Positions 32,550 through 42,411 of a stretch of DNA of 64,000 nt are shown in pieces. This stretch comes from Acidobacteriota bacterium (GTDB lineage: Bacteria > Acidobacteriota > UBA890 > WLXD01), in contig CAXWPL010000005.1 of NCBI GenBank assembly GCA_963666215.2, positions 160,001 through 224,000 on the forward strand. Reading direction: 5' to 3'. The notes beneath the pieces were generated by a model, which did not search any database, was not told the DNA's origin, and saw nothing but the letters and a program-made list of their open reading frames with translations. The position numbers were made by a program, and so were the translations under genes. The stretch's first letter is position 1, and each line of letters begins with the position of its first letter.

Positions 32550-33146
32550 TCACAGCAGCGCCCAGAGATGCACCAGAAGAAGGCGCGCCCCCACAGCGTA
32601 CAACCCGGCGGCGAGATCGTCGGCCATGATCCCCAGTCCGCCAGGCAGGCCTTCGAGCCGGTTCACGGGATAGGGCTTGGCGATGTCGAAAACACGAAAG
32701 AGCACGAATGCCAGGAACCACTCCGCTCCGGTCGCCGCACCCATCAGAGCGATCCAGACCCCGGCGAACTCGTCTACGACGACTTCGCTCGGATCATCGT
32801 CGGTGTGCCCCCCTCCTACACCGCCGCTTCTTTCGCCGGCGCTGTCATCGGATTGGAGACCTTTGGAGCGAAGATGCGGCAACGCCGCCGACGACGCCCA
32901 GACTCCCACCAGCGACAACGCGACCGCAATTCCGAGCTCTGCCGCCCACAGGATCCCCGGGTCGAGCCCGAGCCCGCTCATTACGCGCGCAAAGCCAATG
33001 AACACGGCCAGGCCGGCAGCCGCCCCCACCGTGCCGGGGCCAAGCGGCGCGTAGCCGAGACCGAAACAGGTAGCGACAAGCCGCGCCGGGAGCGCACCTC
33101 GACCGCCGGGGCGCCCCTCCGCTCGACCCGGATCGGGGCCCGTCAG
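32550..33146 (-). CDS. pgpA: Phosphatidylglycerophosphatase A; probable CTG start
   Basis: [48 protein letters not shown]. Confidence 0.92.
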   Translation of the reverse strand: MTGPDPGRAEGRPGGRGALPARLVATCFGLGYAPLGPGTVGAAAGLAVFIGFARVMSGLGLDPGILWAAELGIAVALSLVGVWASSAALPHLRSKGLQSDDSAGERSGGVGGGHTDDDPSEVVVDEFAGVWIALMGAATGAEWFLAFVLFRVFDIAKPYPVNRLEGLPGGLGIMADDLAAGLYAVGARLLLVHLWALL

Positions 33147-34438
33147 GGCTCCAACCGTCCGATGGTTCGCGGAAACGGAATCGTCTCGCGCAGATGGGGC
33201 CGCCCGGTAACCCAACCGACGAGTCGCTCGAGTCCGATTCCGAAGCCGCTGTGCGGCACGCTGCCGAAGCGACGCAAATCGGTGTACCAGGCGTATGGAT
33301 CCTCGGGCAGGCCGTGCTTGAGAAGCCGCCGATCGAGAAGCTGCGGATCGTGAATTCGTTGCCCGCCGCCGATCAACTCGCCGCAACCCTCGGGCGCGAT
33401 CAGATCGCAGCCCAGCACCACCTCGCCGCGTGTTGGGTCGGGCTCCATGTAGAACGACTTGATCGAGGTCGGGAAGCGATGGACAAAAACAGGCTTGCCG
33501 AAGTGCTCGGAAATCATCGTTTCGTGCCCGCCACCGAAGTCCTCTCCCCAGACGAACTCCTCGTCGCGGTTCTGGAGGATCTCGACCGCGTCGTCGTAGG
33601 AGATTCTCGGGAAAGGCTTGACGATCCCCTCGAGGAGCTTGACGTCGCGCTCGAGGACCTCGAGCTCAGCCGCGCACTCGCGCACCACCGAGCCGATAAT
33701 GCTCACAACGAAATCTTCGGCGAGGTCCATGATGTCGTCCATCGTCGCGTACGCGACCTCGGGCTCGAGCATCCAAAACTCGGTGAGGTGCCGCCGCGTC
33801 TTCGACTTCTCGGCACGGAACGTCGGCCCGAAGCAGAACACCTTGCCGAAGGCCATTGCGCCGGCCTCCTGGTACAGCTGGCCGCTTTGCGTGAGGTACG
33901 CGGGACGCCCGAAGTAGTCGGTCTCGAACAGCGTCGTGGTGCCCTCGACCGACAGTGGCGTCAGCACCGGGCTGTCGAGCAACGTGAAGCCGCGATCGTA
34001 GAAGTAATCCCGGCAGATCTTCTCGAGCCGACTGCGAACCCGCAGTATCGCGTGCTGCTGCATCGAGCGCAGCCACAGATGTCGATGGTCCATCAAGAAC
34101 TCGACACCGTGCTCTTTGGGGCTGATCGGATACGCCTCGGCGAGCTGAACCACTCGCAACCCTTGTAGCGACAGCTCCACGCCGCTCGGCGCACGCGAGT
34201 CTTCGCGCACCGTCCCGGTCACCATCACCGACGACTCTTGTGTCAGCGACTCGATCTCCGCCCACGCGTCGTCATCGACATCCTGGCGGGAAACGACCGC
34301 CTGAACGTGACCTGTTCCGTCGCGCACCTGCAGAAACGCAATCTTGCCGCTCGAGCGTTTCCTGTAGAGCCAGCCGCGAAGCATCACCTCGCTGCCGACG
34401 TGGTCGTTGAGGTTCTCGATGTAGACAGTCTCGGGCAC
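33143..34438 (-). CDS. asnS: Asparagine--tRNA ligase
   Basis: [58 protein letters not shown]; GTG with GGAGG upstream. Confidence 0.96.
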   Translation of the reverse strand: MPETVYIENLNDHVGSEVMLRGWLYRKRSSGKIAFLQVRDGTGHVQAVVSRQDVDDDAWAEIESLTQESSVMVTGTVREDSRAPSGVELSLQGLRVVQLAEAYPISPKEHGVEFLMDHRHLWLRSMQQHAILRVRSRLEKICRDYFYDRGFTLLDSPVLTPLSVEGTTTLFETDYFGRPAYLTQSGQLYQEAGAMAFGKVFCFGPTFRAEKSKTRRHLTEFWMLEPEVAYATMDDIMDLAEDFVVSIIGSVVRECAAELEVLERDVKLLEGIVKPFPRISYDDAVEILQNRDEEFVWGEDFGGGHETMISEHFGKPVFVHRFPTSIKSFYMEPDPTRGEVVLGCDLIAPEGCGELIGGGQRIHDPQLLDRRLLKHGLPEDPYAWYTDLRRFGSVPHSGFGIGLERLVGWVTGRPHLRETIPFPRTIGRLEP

Positions 34439-34605
34439 GTTCCCCTCCGTTCGAGTCGGGGGATCGTACGCGCGGCGCCGCCGTGCCGACAAGTCACTTT
34501 CGACAGACAGTGCCTCTGGGCGCAGGCGACAGAACCTCCTCGGCGACTCGGAAGAACCCTCCTGAGGTTCGCACCAGGCTCTTGGCGCCGGCTAGGGCAC
34601 GTCTC

Positions 34606-35912
34606 TCACCCAGGAGCCCAGGAAGACCTCAGCCGCGCTTCCAACGCCGCCCCGACGGGCTCCAGCGCGCTCAACAGCGACTCCCATTGCAAGCCACGGG
34701 CAGCGGCCACCACGTGCGACCACGTTCGCGGCACGTACAGTTCGTAGGCAGGATTACCGGCCTCGGCAATCTGATTGCCGAAAGTCCCCAGAGCCTTGAG
34801 GCCGCGCTGCAGCTCGACCAGGGCGAACGCCTGTCGGGCTGCGGCAGGCATGCCACGCGGCCGGTCCGGGATCGAGAAATCGTCCGTGTGGGTGATCGCG
34901 GCCGCCGATCGGCCTCCGCGCGCGGCCGCCCAGAAGCGCGCCGCCAGCTCCGCTTCGAGGCTCGACGACACGTCGCAATAATTGTCCCGCAGCAGCGAAG
35001 CCAGGTCGTAGAAGAGCGGCCCGGCCATCACGTCCTGAAAATCGATGACGATCACGCGGTCCCGGCGAATTAACAGATTGCGCGCGTGATAGTCACGGTG
35101 GCACGGCACCATGCTCATCCTGCCAACCATCGCGGCGAGAACATCGAAATGTTCGCGGCGCCGCGCCGCCCCGTCGGCGACACCCAGCCAGTTGGCGAAC
35201 GCATGCGTTTCGGTGAGCTCCAGCTCGGCGCGAAGCCGCGCCGCATCGAGCGCCCATTCGGGGTTGGGTAGCGTCCGGGTTTCTCCATGCTGCAGGCGCA
35301 CGATGGCGTCGACCGCTTGGCGATAGAGGCGTCCGAGCTCGGTTGCAGTGGGGTCGCTGCCTGCGGCGGACGCAACCGAATCGAGCAGCACGTCGCCGCA
35401 GTCTTCCACCAGTAGCGCACGCCGGCCGTTCGCCAGGAGCTTCGGCACCGACACGCCGGCGCTGGCGAACCAAGAACGTGTGCGGGCGTAGCGCGCGACC
35501 TCGACGTCGACCTCCTGATGGGCGCGGGACGCCGCGGCTCTGGCTCCAGGTACCCGGGAGGCGTCGTCGGGATACACGACCAAAACGGCACTTCCGGCGC
35601 CGCCGGCCGCCTGCCGCAGGCCTGCGGCAGGTGGGCCTGCGGCAGGTGGGCCTGCGGCGGATGGGCCTGCGGTAGGTGGGCCTGCGAAGCCGCGACTCCA
35701 ACGCGATAGAAACGCCGCCGAGATGCGTGCATGCCGATGCGGGAGCAGCCAGAAAAAGCGGCGCGCCAGCGGCAATCGAAACCGTCGAGCGCGCCTTCCT
35801 GCGCAAGCTGATCGAGAATCGCTCCCTCTTCTGCCGGCAGCTCGTCGAGACTCGCCTCATGGGCCACCGGCGAGTCGACCTCTTCGTTGCCGCGCGTGAG
35901 CTCCTCCAGCAC
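34606..35912 (-). pseudogene. AmgK/APH-family sugar phosphotransferase split by an apparent frameshift near 35600-35700
   Basis: N-terminal HASRRRFYRV is in the frame starting GTG 35912 (GGAGG SD). HRDYHARN, IDFQD, YDLASLLRD and QRGLKALGTF are in the frame ending at 34606. Confidence 0.75.
35610..35686. repeat. 4.5 x 15-bp tandem repeat (GGCCTGCGGCAGGTG) overlapping a perfect 22-bp palindrome
   Basis: Units start at 35619, 35634, 35649, 35664 and 35679 (partial); CCTGCCGCAGGCCTGCGGCAGG at 35610-35631. Confidence 0.92.
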
Positions 35913-35925
35913 CGCGCCGGCCTCC

Positions 35926-37089
35926 CTAGCCCACGCTAGGGGCCGCGAAGCTCAGCCGCCGTCCGTCCGGCGCGAAGATCGTCTCCACGGCCTCGGTTTC
36001 GGGCGGCACCTCCACCCTCTCCATGACGATGCAACGCTCGAGGCGGCTCCCGGCACCCACCCAGCCGTGGTTCCAAATAATCGATTGCTCGACGTGGCAA
36101 CCGTTCTCGAAGCGGACCTGAGTCCCCGCAACCACACCCGACAGCTGAGCGCCGTGCTTGACGCGGACGCCCGGCCCGAGGAGGAAAGGCGGTACCACGC
36201 GAGAGTTCTCGATATGGGTATGGCCGGTGGCGTAACCGCCCTCGAATCGGCGGTGGTAGCCAACGAACGCCAACGGCAAGTCCTCGCGCCGCAGGCTCGT
36301 CAGCTGGGCGTCGAGATAGCGGGAGGGCTCACCAATCTCATACCAGTGACCGCTGGGATAGACGCCCTGAATAGGCAGCCCGTCGGCGAGTATGTCGCGA
36401 TACAGCGGATCCACGATCCCACACGGAACGTTGTCGGGCAGAGCCGCAAGCGCTTCGTTCTCCAGAACGTGCACACCGGTGAACACGCCCGCCGAGGAGC
36501 CCTGCGGCAGTGCGCCTTGCGACTCTCCACCGGGAAATCCGAGCACGGCGCCGTTCTCACCCGTGGGTACGTGCGGGTAGCCGCGGCTGGCTTCGCCACG
36601 GTGCAACGCGAGCGTGGCCAGCGCCCCCGAGTCGCGGTGAGTCGACAGAATCTGGCCCAGATTCAGCCGTGCCGCCACGTCGCCATTGATCAGCAGCGTC
36701 CGCTCGCCGAGAAGCTCGAGGGCGCGCCTCGGCCCTCCACCTGTGCCCAGAAGCCGCGTCTCGCAGCTGTACAGAACTCGCATGTTGAAGGCGCGGAATC
36801 GATACTCGCGAAAAACAGAGGCGCCGGCGTGATGCAGGTTGATCACCACATCGCGAAAACCCGCGCGACTCAACCAGTCGAGTGTGAAGTCGAGCAGCGG
36901 CCGATTCAGAAAGGGCAACACGGCCTTGGCACGATCGTCGGTCAACGGACGCAGGCGGGTGGCTTGACCGGCCGCGAGAATCATGGCGCGCGGCGCTCCG
37001 GGAAGGTCGGCAGCTGGCTCCGTACGCTGCCGATTGCCGAGTGCAGACACGTCCGCGGAGGCCCCTGCGTGCACGCGGGCGACGGTCAT
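35926..37089 (-). CDS. Sugar-phosphate nucleotidyltransferase (MurU/GMPP-like) with C-terminal left-handed beta-helix
   Basis: AMILAAGQATRLRPLT..KAVLP, LLGTGGG, LINGD, hexapeptide repeats; ATG overlaps the CYTH stop. Confidence 0.88.
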   Translation of the reverse strand: MTVARVHAGASADVSALGNRQRTEPAADLPGAPRAMILAAGQATRLRPLTDDRAKAVLPFLNRPLLDFTLDWLSRAGFRDVVINLHHAGASVFREYRFRAFNMRVLYSCETRLLGTGGGPRRALELLGERTLLINGDVAARLNLGQILSTHRDSGALATLALHRGEASRGYPHVPTGENGAVLGFPGGESQGALPQGSSAGVFTGVHVLENEALAALPDNVPCGIVDPLYRDILADGLPIQGVYPSGHWYEIGEPSRYLDAQLTSLRREDLPLAFVGYHRRFEGGYATGHTHIENSRVVPPFLLGPGVRVKHGAQLSGVVAGTQVRFENGCHVEQSIIWNHGWVGAGSRLERCIVMERVEVPPETEAVETIFAPDGRRLSFAAPSVG

Positions 37090-37646
37090 GGAGCGTCTCC
37101 GCCGCAATCCGGAACCTGGTCGAACAGCATGTCGCCGCTGCCTCCGCCGTCGATGAACAGCGTCCGGTAGCTGCGACTCTCGAAGGCAGCATCTGCTACC
37201 CTGAGGTGCTCCGCGGCGACCAGGATTTGCTCCGGGAGGCCCTCGAGCTCGAGAAACCAACCGATCGGCGTCTCATCGAGAACCACCGTCGCTCCGGCGA
37301 TCTCAAAGCGCTCACGCACCTTCTGATAACGCATCGCGATGCCGTAGCCGAGCGCGGCGAGAATCGACGCCATCGCGTCGGCGTCGTCGAGCTCGGTTTC
37401 GTGTTCTTGGCGCGACTTGAACCGCTCGTCCGGCTCGATGGGCCCCTTGAACGTCAGCTTCGACCTCGGGCCGGCACGTCGTAGTCGCAGCATGCAGCCG
37501 GCGCTGTGGAGTCGGCCCTCGGGCGTATCGTAGATGGCATCGTCCTGCAGAACGCGCGGCGCCACATGTCGTGCCTGTGCGTCGCGCAACCTCCGACGCA
37601 GCTCGTCGGGCTGCCCCGCGACCTTGACCTCGGTCTCGAGCGGCAT
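37086..37646 (-). CDS. CYTH-domain (class IV adenylate cyclase / triphosphatase-like) protein
   Basis: ETEVK (ExExK), LRLRR, LTFKGP, RQEHE, YQKVRE, FLELEG. Confidence 0.9.
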   Translation of the reverse strand: MPLETEVKVAGQPDELRRRLRDAQARHVAPRVLQDDAIYDTPEGRLHSAGCMLRLRRAGPRSKLTFKGPIEPDERFKSRQEHETELDDADAMASILAALGYGIAMRYQKVRERFEIAGATVVLDETPIGWFLELEGLPEQILVAAEHLRVADAAFESRSYRTLFIDGGGSGDMLFDQVPDCGGDAP

Positions 37647-37650
37647 CCGC

Positions 37651-40071
37651 CTACCTTACAACCGCGGAGGTGGCGCCGTTCGAGCGCCGTTCGGTCGGCA
37701 CGAAGCGCACGAACGCCCCCAGCTGGCGCCAATCAGCGCCGCCCTGCAACGCCGGCGCGGCGCCGGCGGAGGCGGTAAGCCGCAGCCGGTAGACCCGCTG
37801 GCCGCGCCATTCGCGCCCCTCTCCGAGTGCTAGCGAGAACCTTGCCGGAGACTCGGGTAGCAGCTGCTGGACAAACACCTGCCCTTCGGCCTCGAGCCGC
37901 ACTCGAGAAGGCACGAGAGTACGTACGACCGCCGTCACGTCGTCGAGGCTGGCGTCGGAAGTCAGCACAATCTCCCGCGAATCCCCCGGACTGACCCAAA
38001 CTCCGCCGGGTTCCGCCCACGCGAGCTCGGGGATCGCGCCGAGCACCCAGGCGGTGGTCCGAGGTGCGTCCTCGATGATCGCGGCGCCGACGTGGCGGTC
38101 GCTGACAACAACGGTTGCGCGCAGCGTCAGGCCGAGCGCGACGAGCAGCAGCCATGTCACCAGCGCCGCGCGGGCGCCGATGCGCGGTACTTCGGCAGGC
38201 TCGCCGGCGAAGCGCAGCGCGGCGACAAGACCCATGACGCCGACCAGCCAGAGGCCCGCAACCCACCAGTGAGGCTCCTTGACCGCGAGCCAAAGCGGGA
38301 ACAATCGCCAGAGCTCGGAGCCGAGTGGTGAGAGCTCGCGCAGGCTCCAAGATGCCTGCACGGCGTAGTCGTGCGGCAATCGGGTGGGATCGAGCGCAAG
38401 GAAGAACGTCGTTGCCAGGCCCAGTGCGAGCAGACCGCCCCGTGTGGCGCGAGCCCATGGTCGCAACGACGAACACAGCCCCACCGCCAGGGCCGGCGCC
38501 AGCACCCAGAGCACGGCGAGCAGCGGTCGCACGGGTGGACTCTGCCCTCCGAGCTGTTGCGAGAGTGCGTAGGGACCCACATAGGCCGCGAAGATCAAGG
38601 CGAGCTCGGCAAGCTCGCGACGCCGATGCCACCAGAGCCACGGCAGGCCGATCGCTGCCAGCAAGAAGTGCGGCGCTACGCCCAGCAGCCCTTCCTTTTG
38701 GTCGATGAAGTAGCCCACGAAAGTGCGTAGCGCGCCGCGCCAATCCGCGAAGTACGCACTCCAATCTCCCCCGAAGGCAGCCGGTCGCCCGAAACTCGGA
38801 TCGCTGCCCAGGTAGATGGCGGCCGGCCAAGGCGAGCCGTAGAGCGTCAGGGTGAACCAGACGTGCAGGAGTCCGCTCAACAGCAAGGGGACGGTCAGGC
38901 CGGCTGCTGCCAGCGGCGACAGCGCGCCGCCGGAGCGCCAGCGCCGACCCACACCGAACAACCCGACGAGCGCAATGCACCCGGCCACGGGAATCAATTT
39001 CACCCCCAACCACGGCAGGATTGCTAGCAACACACCCGCCAACCACAGTCGCTGCGGGCGTGGAGATCGAGCCAGCATGTAGGCGGCGAGTGAAACCGTC
39101 ATCGCCGTGGCCTCGGGGAACAGCGACAGTGGCGCGAATATCAGCGGCGCCGAGGCGACCATCGCGGCGCTGCCGACAAGCGCTGCCCGGGGCGTCTGCT
39201 TCCCCGCGACGTCCTGAATGAGGCCGTACAGCAGAAAGCCGAACAGGCCGAACAGAGCGATCTGCAGGAGCCGAAGGAGCGCTACTGTCAGCAGGGGCGA
39301 TTGCGGCGCGATCAGCAAGCCGGCAGCGTAGCCCGGCAACAGAAACAACGGGAAACCCACGCCGTGCATCGAATAGCGCGAACCCGGCGGCGTGCCGAGC
39401 TTGTAGTGAGGTGATAGGTGGCCCGGATGGAAGCCGGCATAGGCACGCTCGAGATAGTCGTCACCGAGATCGAGGTCTTGGTCCTCGACGAGTGAGTGTG
39501 CGACCAGCAGGTAGTGAGGCTCGTCGCCGCTGGGCGGCGGCCACCCGATGGCCAGCAAGCAGGTGGGCACGAGCACGGCCAGCACCGCGATCGCCAGTCC
39601 CTCCCGTCGCCGAGCGCGCGCTTCCCTGGCAGTGCCCGAGCTCCTCCGATCTGGGGTGCCTCGATCGTTGCCGGCTTCCGGATCGCTCGAGGAGTCGGCA
39701 GCCCCATCCCGACGGCGATCCATGAACCCGACGAGTTCCGTTCGGGCCACGAGATGCCCTGCGATGATCACGCCACCTCCGATCGACAGGAGAACGACCG
39801 GGCACCGGAAGAAGAAATCTTCGAGCGGCGTAGCCAGCACAGCCGGAGCCACCACCCACCCAAGCCACTGTACGCGGCGGCCCAGGCCCATGAAGTGGGC
39901 GAGCAGTGTTACCGCGAGAATCGAGAGAGCCGCCGCCTGCGCTCCCGGGTCGACGAGCGTCGAAGTCGCCAACTGCCACGTCGACGATCCGATTGGCGCG
40001 CGCAGGTGAGCGGCGAGGGAGGCCGCGCCGAGCATGCCGGCGACAAGCGGTAGCGGTACGCGCAGTCGCAT
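37651..40071 (-). CDS. Large polytopic membrane protein, putative GT-C glycosyltransferase
   Basis: SGDEPHYLLVAHSLVEDQDLDL in the first external loop, FPE motif, many TM helices, C-terminal beta-rich domain. Confidence 0.65.
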   Translation of the reverse strand: MRLRVPLPLVAGMLGAASLAAHLRAPIGSSTWQLATSTLVDPGAQAAALSILAVTLLAHFMGLGRRVQWLGWVVAPAVLATPLEDFFFRCPVVLLSIGGGVIIAGHLVARTELVGFMDRRRDGAADSSSDPEAGNDRGTPDRRSSGTAREARARRREGLAIAVLAVLVPTCLLAIGWPPPSGDEPHYLLVAHSLVEDQDLDLGDDYLERAYAGFHPGHLSPHYKLGTPPGSRYSMHGVGFPLFLLPGYAAGLLIAPQSPLLTVALLRLLQIALFGLFGFLLYGLIQDVAGKQTPRAALVGSAAMVASAPLIFAPLSLFPEATAMTVSLAAYMLARSPRPQRLWLAGVLLAILPWLGVKLIPVAGCIALVGLFGVGRRWRSGGALSPLAAAGLTVPLLLSGLLHVWFTLTLYGSPWPAAIYLGSDPSFGRPAAFGGDWSAYFADWRGALRTFVGYFIDQKEGLLGVAPHFLLAAIGLPWLWWHRRRELAELALIFAAYVGPYALSQQLGGQSPPVRPLLAVLWVLAPALAVGLCSSLRPWARATRGGLLALGLATTFFLALDPTRLPHDYAVQASWSLRELSPLGSELWRLFPLWLAVKEPHWWVAGLWLVGVMGLVAALRFAGEPAEVPRIGARAALVTWLLLVALGLTLRATVVVSDRHVGAAIIEDAPRTTAWVLGAIPELAWAEPGGVWVSPGDSREIVLTSDASLDDVTAVVRTLVPSRVRLEAEGQVFVQQLLPESPARFSLALGEGREWRGQRVYRLRLTASAGAAPALQGGADWRQLGAFVRFVPTERRSNGATSAVVR

Positions 40072-40100
40072 GTTGTTCAGGGGGACGCGGGCGACGAGGC

Positions 40101-40658
40101 TCAGATCTCCAGGAGCTCGCTCTGTTTAGCCGCCGCGGCCTGGTCGATGCGCTCACAGTAGACCTTGGTGAGGTCCTGCACCTTGTCGTAGCCGCGGTGC
40201 TCGTCGTCTTGCGAGATCGCCTTGTCGTGCTCGAGCTTCTTGATGCTCTCGTTGGCATCCCGGCGCGCTTGTCTCACTTCCGTCTTGCCTTCCTCGGCCA
40301 AGGCGCCGGCATGCTTGGCCATCTCCTTGCGACGCTCCTCCGTGAGCTCGGGAATCGGGACGCGTACCACAGCGCCGTCGTTGCTCGGATTGAGCCCCAG
40401 ATCGGCCTGCAGGATCGCGCGCTCGATGTCCCCGATGGCCGTCTTGTCGTACGGCTGCACAACGATCAGTTGTGGATCGGGAACCGACAGGCTGGCCAGC
40501 TGATTGATAGGAGTCGACGTTCCGTAGTACTCAACCAGCAGGTCGTCGAGAATCGAGATGTTGGCACGCCCGGTTCGCACGCTACGGAGCTCACGACCCA
40601 AGGCCTCCAGACTCGCCTGCATCCGCGCGTTGGCGTCGCGAATCACCTCGTCCATCAC
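40101..40658 (-). CDS. frr: Ribosome recycling factor
   Basis: VRTGRAN, YYG..TPINQLA, PELTEERRKE, RQARRDAN. Confidence 0.98.
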   Translation of the reverse strand: MMDEVIRDANARMQASLEALGRELRSVRTGRANISILDDLLVEYYGTSTPINQLASLSVPDPQLIVVQPYDKTAIGDIERAILQADLGLNPSNDGAVVRVPIPELTEERRKEMAKHAGALAEEGKTEVRQARRDANESIKKLEHDKAISQDDEHRGYDKVQDLTKVYCERIDQAAAAKQSELLEI

Positions 40659-40679
40659 CGGCGTCCTCCTCGTCTGCGC

Positions 40680-41450
40680 CTATTCCGTTATCAACGACCC
40701 CAGGTGTTCCCCGCGGACGGCGCGCACGATATTACCCGATTCGCGCATGTTGAAGATAAGAATCGGCATCCCGTTCTCGCGGCACTGCGCTACCGCAGAA
40801 GTGTCCATGACCTTCAGCTCCCGGCGCAAAACGTCGCGATAGGTCGTCTGCGCGATGAGCTCGGCGCTCGGGTCGTTCTCAGGATCGGCGGTGTAGAGGC
40901 CACCCACCTTCGTACCCTTCATCAAGATATCGGCCCGCATCTCCACTGCGCGCAGGGCCGCCGCAGTGTCGGTGGAAAAGTAGGGACTGCCGGTGCCGGC
41001 GGCAAAGATCACCACTCTCCCCTTCTCCAGATGCCGCAGCGCGCGCCGCCGGATGAACGGCTCAGCGATTGCCTTCATTTCAATCGCCGACATCACCCGC
41101 GTCTCCAAGCCACGCTTCTCCAGAGCGTCCTGCAGCGCCAGGCTGTTCATCACCGTGGCCAGCATGCCGATGTGGTCGGCGCTAACGCGATCGATGCCCA
41201 AGTCGTCGGCGCGGATACCGCGAAAGATGTTGCCGCCGCCAATCACCACACCAATTTGGGTGCCGAGACCCTGCGCCTCGGTGATCTCGTCGGCCACTGA
41301 GCGAGCCACGATATGGTCGATGCCATAGCCCTGGGCACCCATCAATGCCTCACCCGAGAGCTTCAACAGGACCCGACGATACCCGTTTTCGGCACTGTCG
41401 CGAGGATCGGCTGGGCCCGTCGTCGCTGCCTCGCTCTTGGGGTCGATCAT
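40680..41450 (-). CDS. pyrH: UMP kinase
   Basis: LLKLSGEALMG, GGGNIFRG, GSPYFSTDTAAALRA, VMD. Confidence 0.98.
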   Translation of the reverse strand: MIDPKSEAATTGPADPRDSAENGYRRVLLKLSGEALMGAQGYGIDHIVARSVADEITEAQGLGTQIGVVIGGGNIFRGIRADDLGIDRVSADHIGMLATVMNSLALQDALEKRGLETRVMSAIEMKAIAEPFIRRRALRHLEKGRVVIFAAGTGSPYFSTDTAAALRAVEMRADILMKGTKVGGLYTADPENDPSAELIAQTTYRDVLRRELKVMDTSAVAQCRENGMPILIFNMRESGNIVRAVRGEHLGSLITE

Positions 41451-41508
41451 CTGGTGGCGTTCGCTGCCTTGTGCAATTTGTGGCGCCGCATCGCGAGCTG
41501 GCGGCTAG

Positions 41509-42177
41509 CTATTCGGCTGCGTCCGGCTTGTCGCTATCCGGCTCTTTGCTGACGCCTGGGCTCGTCTGCGCCAGAGTCGTATCGGGGTCACCCAACGCGA
41601 AGCGCGCGAAGCGTCCGACCATGATGTTCTCGCCAATCTTGGCCACTGCATCGGAAATCAGATCGGAGATATTCCGGTCGGTATCCTTCACGAACGCCTG
41701 CTCGTAGAGACAGGTCTCGGAGTAGAAACGCTTGAGCTTGCCCTCGACGATCTTGTCGAGAATCTTCTCCGGCTTGCCCTCGGTGACCGCCTGCTGGCGG
41801 AATAAGTCGGCTTCCGCCTCCGCTACCGACGCGTCGACATCCTCACGGCGAACGTAGCGCGGGTTCGCAGCGGCCACGTGCATGGCGAGATCTCGCGCTA
41901 GCGCCACGAACTCATCGGAGCGGGCCACGAAGTCGGTCTCGCAGTTGAGCTGCAGCAATACCGCGATTCTGCCCCCCATGTGAACGTACGACTCGATGCG
42001 GCCCTCGCTGGCCTCGCGCCCGGCGCGCGCCGCAGCTTTCGCCTTGCCGACCGTGCGCAGAATCTTGATCGCCTCATCCATGTCGCCATCGGCTTCGCGA
42101 AGGGCTGACTTGCAGTCCATGATGCCGACACCGGTCCGCTCGCGAAGCTCTTTCACCGCGCTCGCACTGATTTCCAT
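41509..42177 (-). CDS. tsf: Elongation factor Ts (short form)
   Basis: VKELRERTGVGIMDCK, NCETDFVA, GKPEKILDKIVEGK, IGENI. Confidence 0.97.
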   Translation of the reverse strand: MEISASAVKELRERTGVGIMDCKSALREADGDMDEAIKILRTVGKAKAAARAGREASEGRIESYVHMGGRIAVLLQLNCETDFVARSDEFVALARDLAMHVAAANPRYVRREDVDASVAEAEADLFRQQAVTEGKPEKILDKIVEGKLKRFYSETCLYEQAFVKDTDRNISDLISDAVAKIGENIMVGRFARFALGDPDTTLAQTSPGVSKEPDSDKPDAAE

Positions 42178-42411
42178 CGGTTTCACTCGTTCGGTTGGAA
42201 TGATTTCAAGTGAGGGAACTGACCACACCCTTCAACGGGCTCGGCTTTGCACCCGGCCAGCTCCGAGGTTTTCCGGACTGGGTAACACCAAAACGATCGA
42301 TCAGCGGAACGGCTCACGATCGCTCGCCCAGATGCACAGTCGTCACCGGCCGCCGCCTTACCTGCGTGCTGCGGGCGAGGCGTTGGACGCTGTCGGCGTC
42401 GGCTCTAGACC

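Noticed and set aside
35619-35686. CRISPR-like array
   Set aside because: These are contiguous 15-bp units with no spacers, inside a gene, and there are no cas genes.
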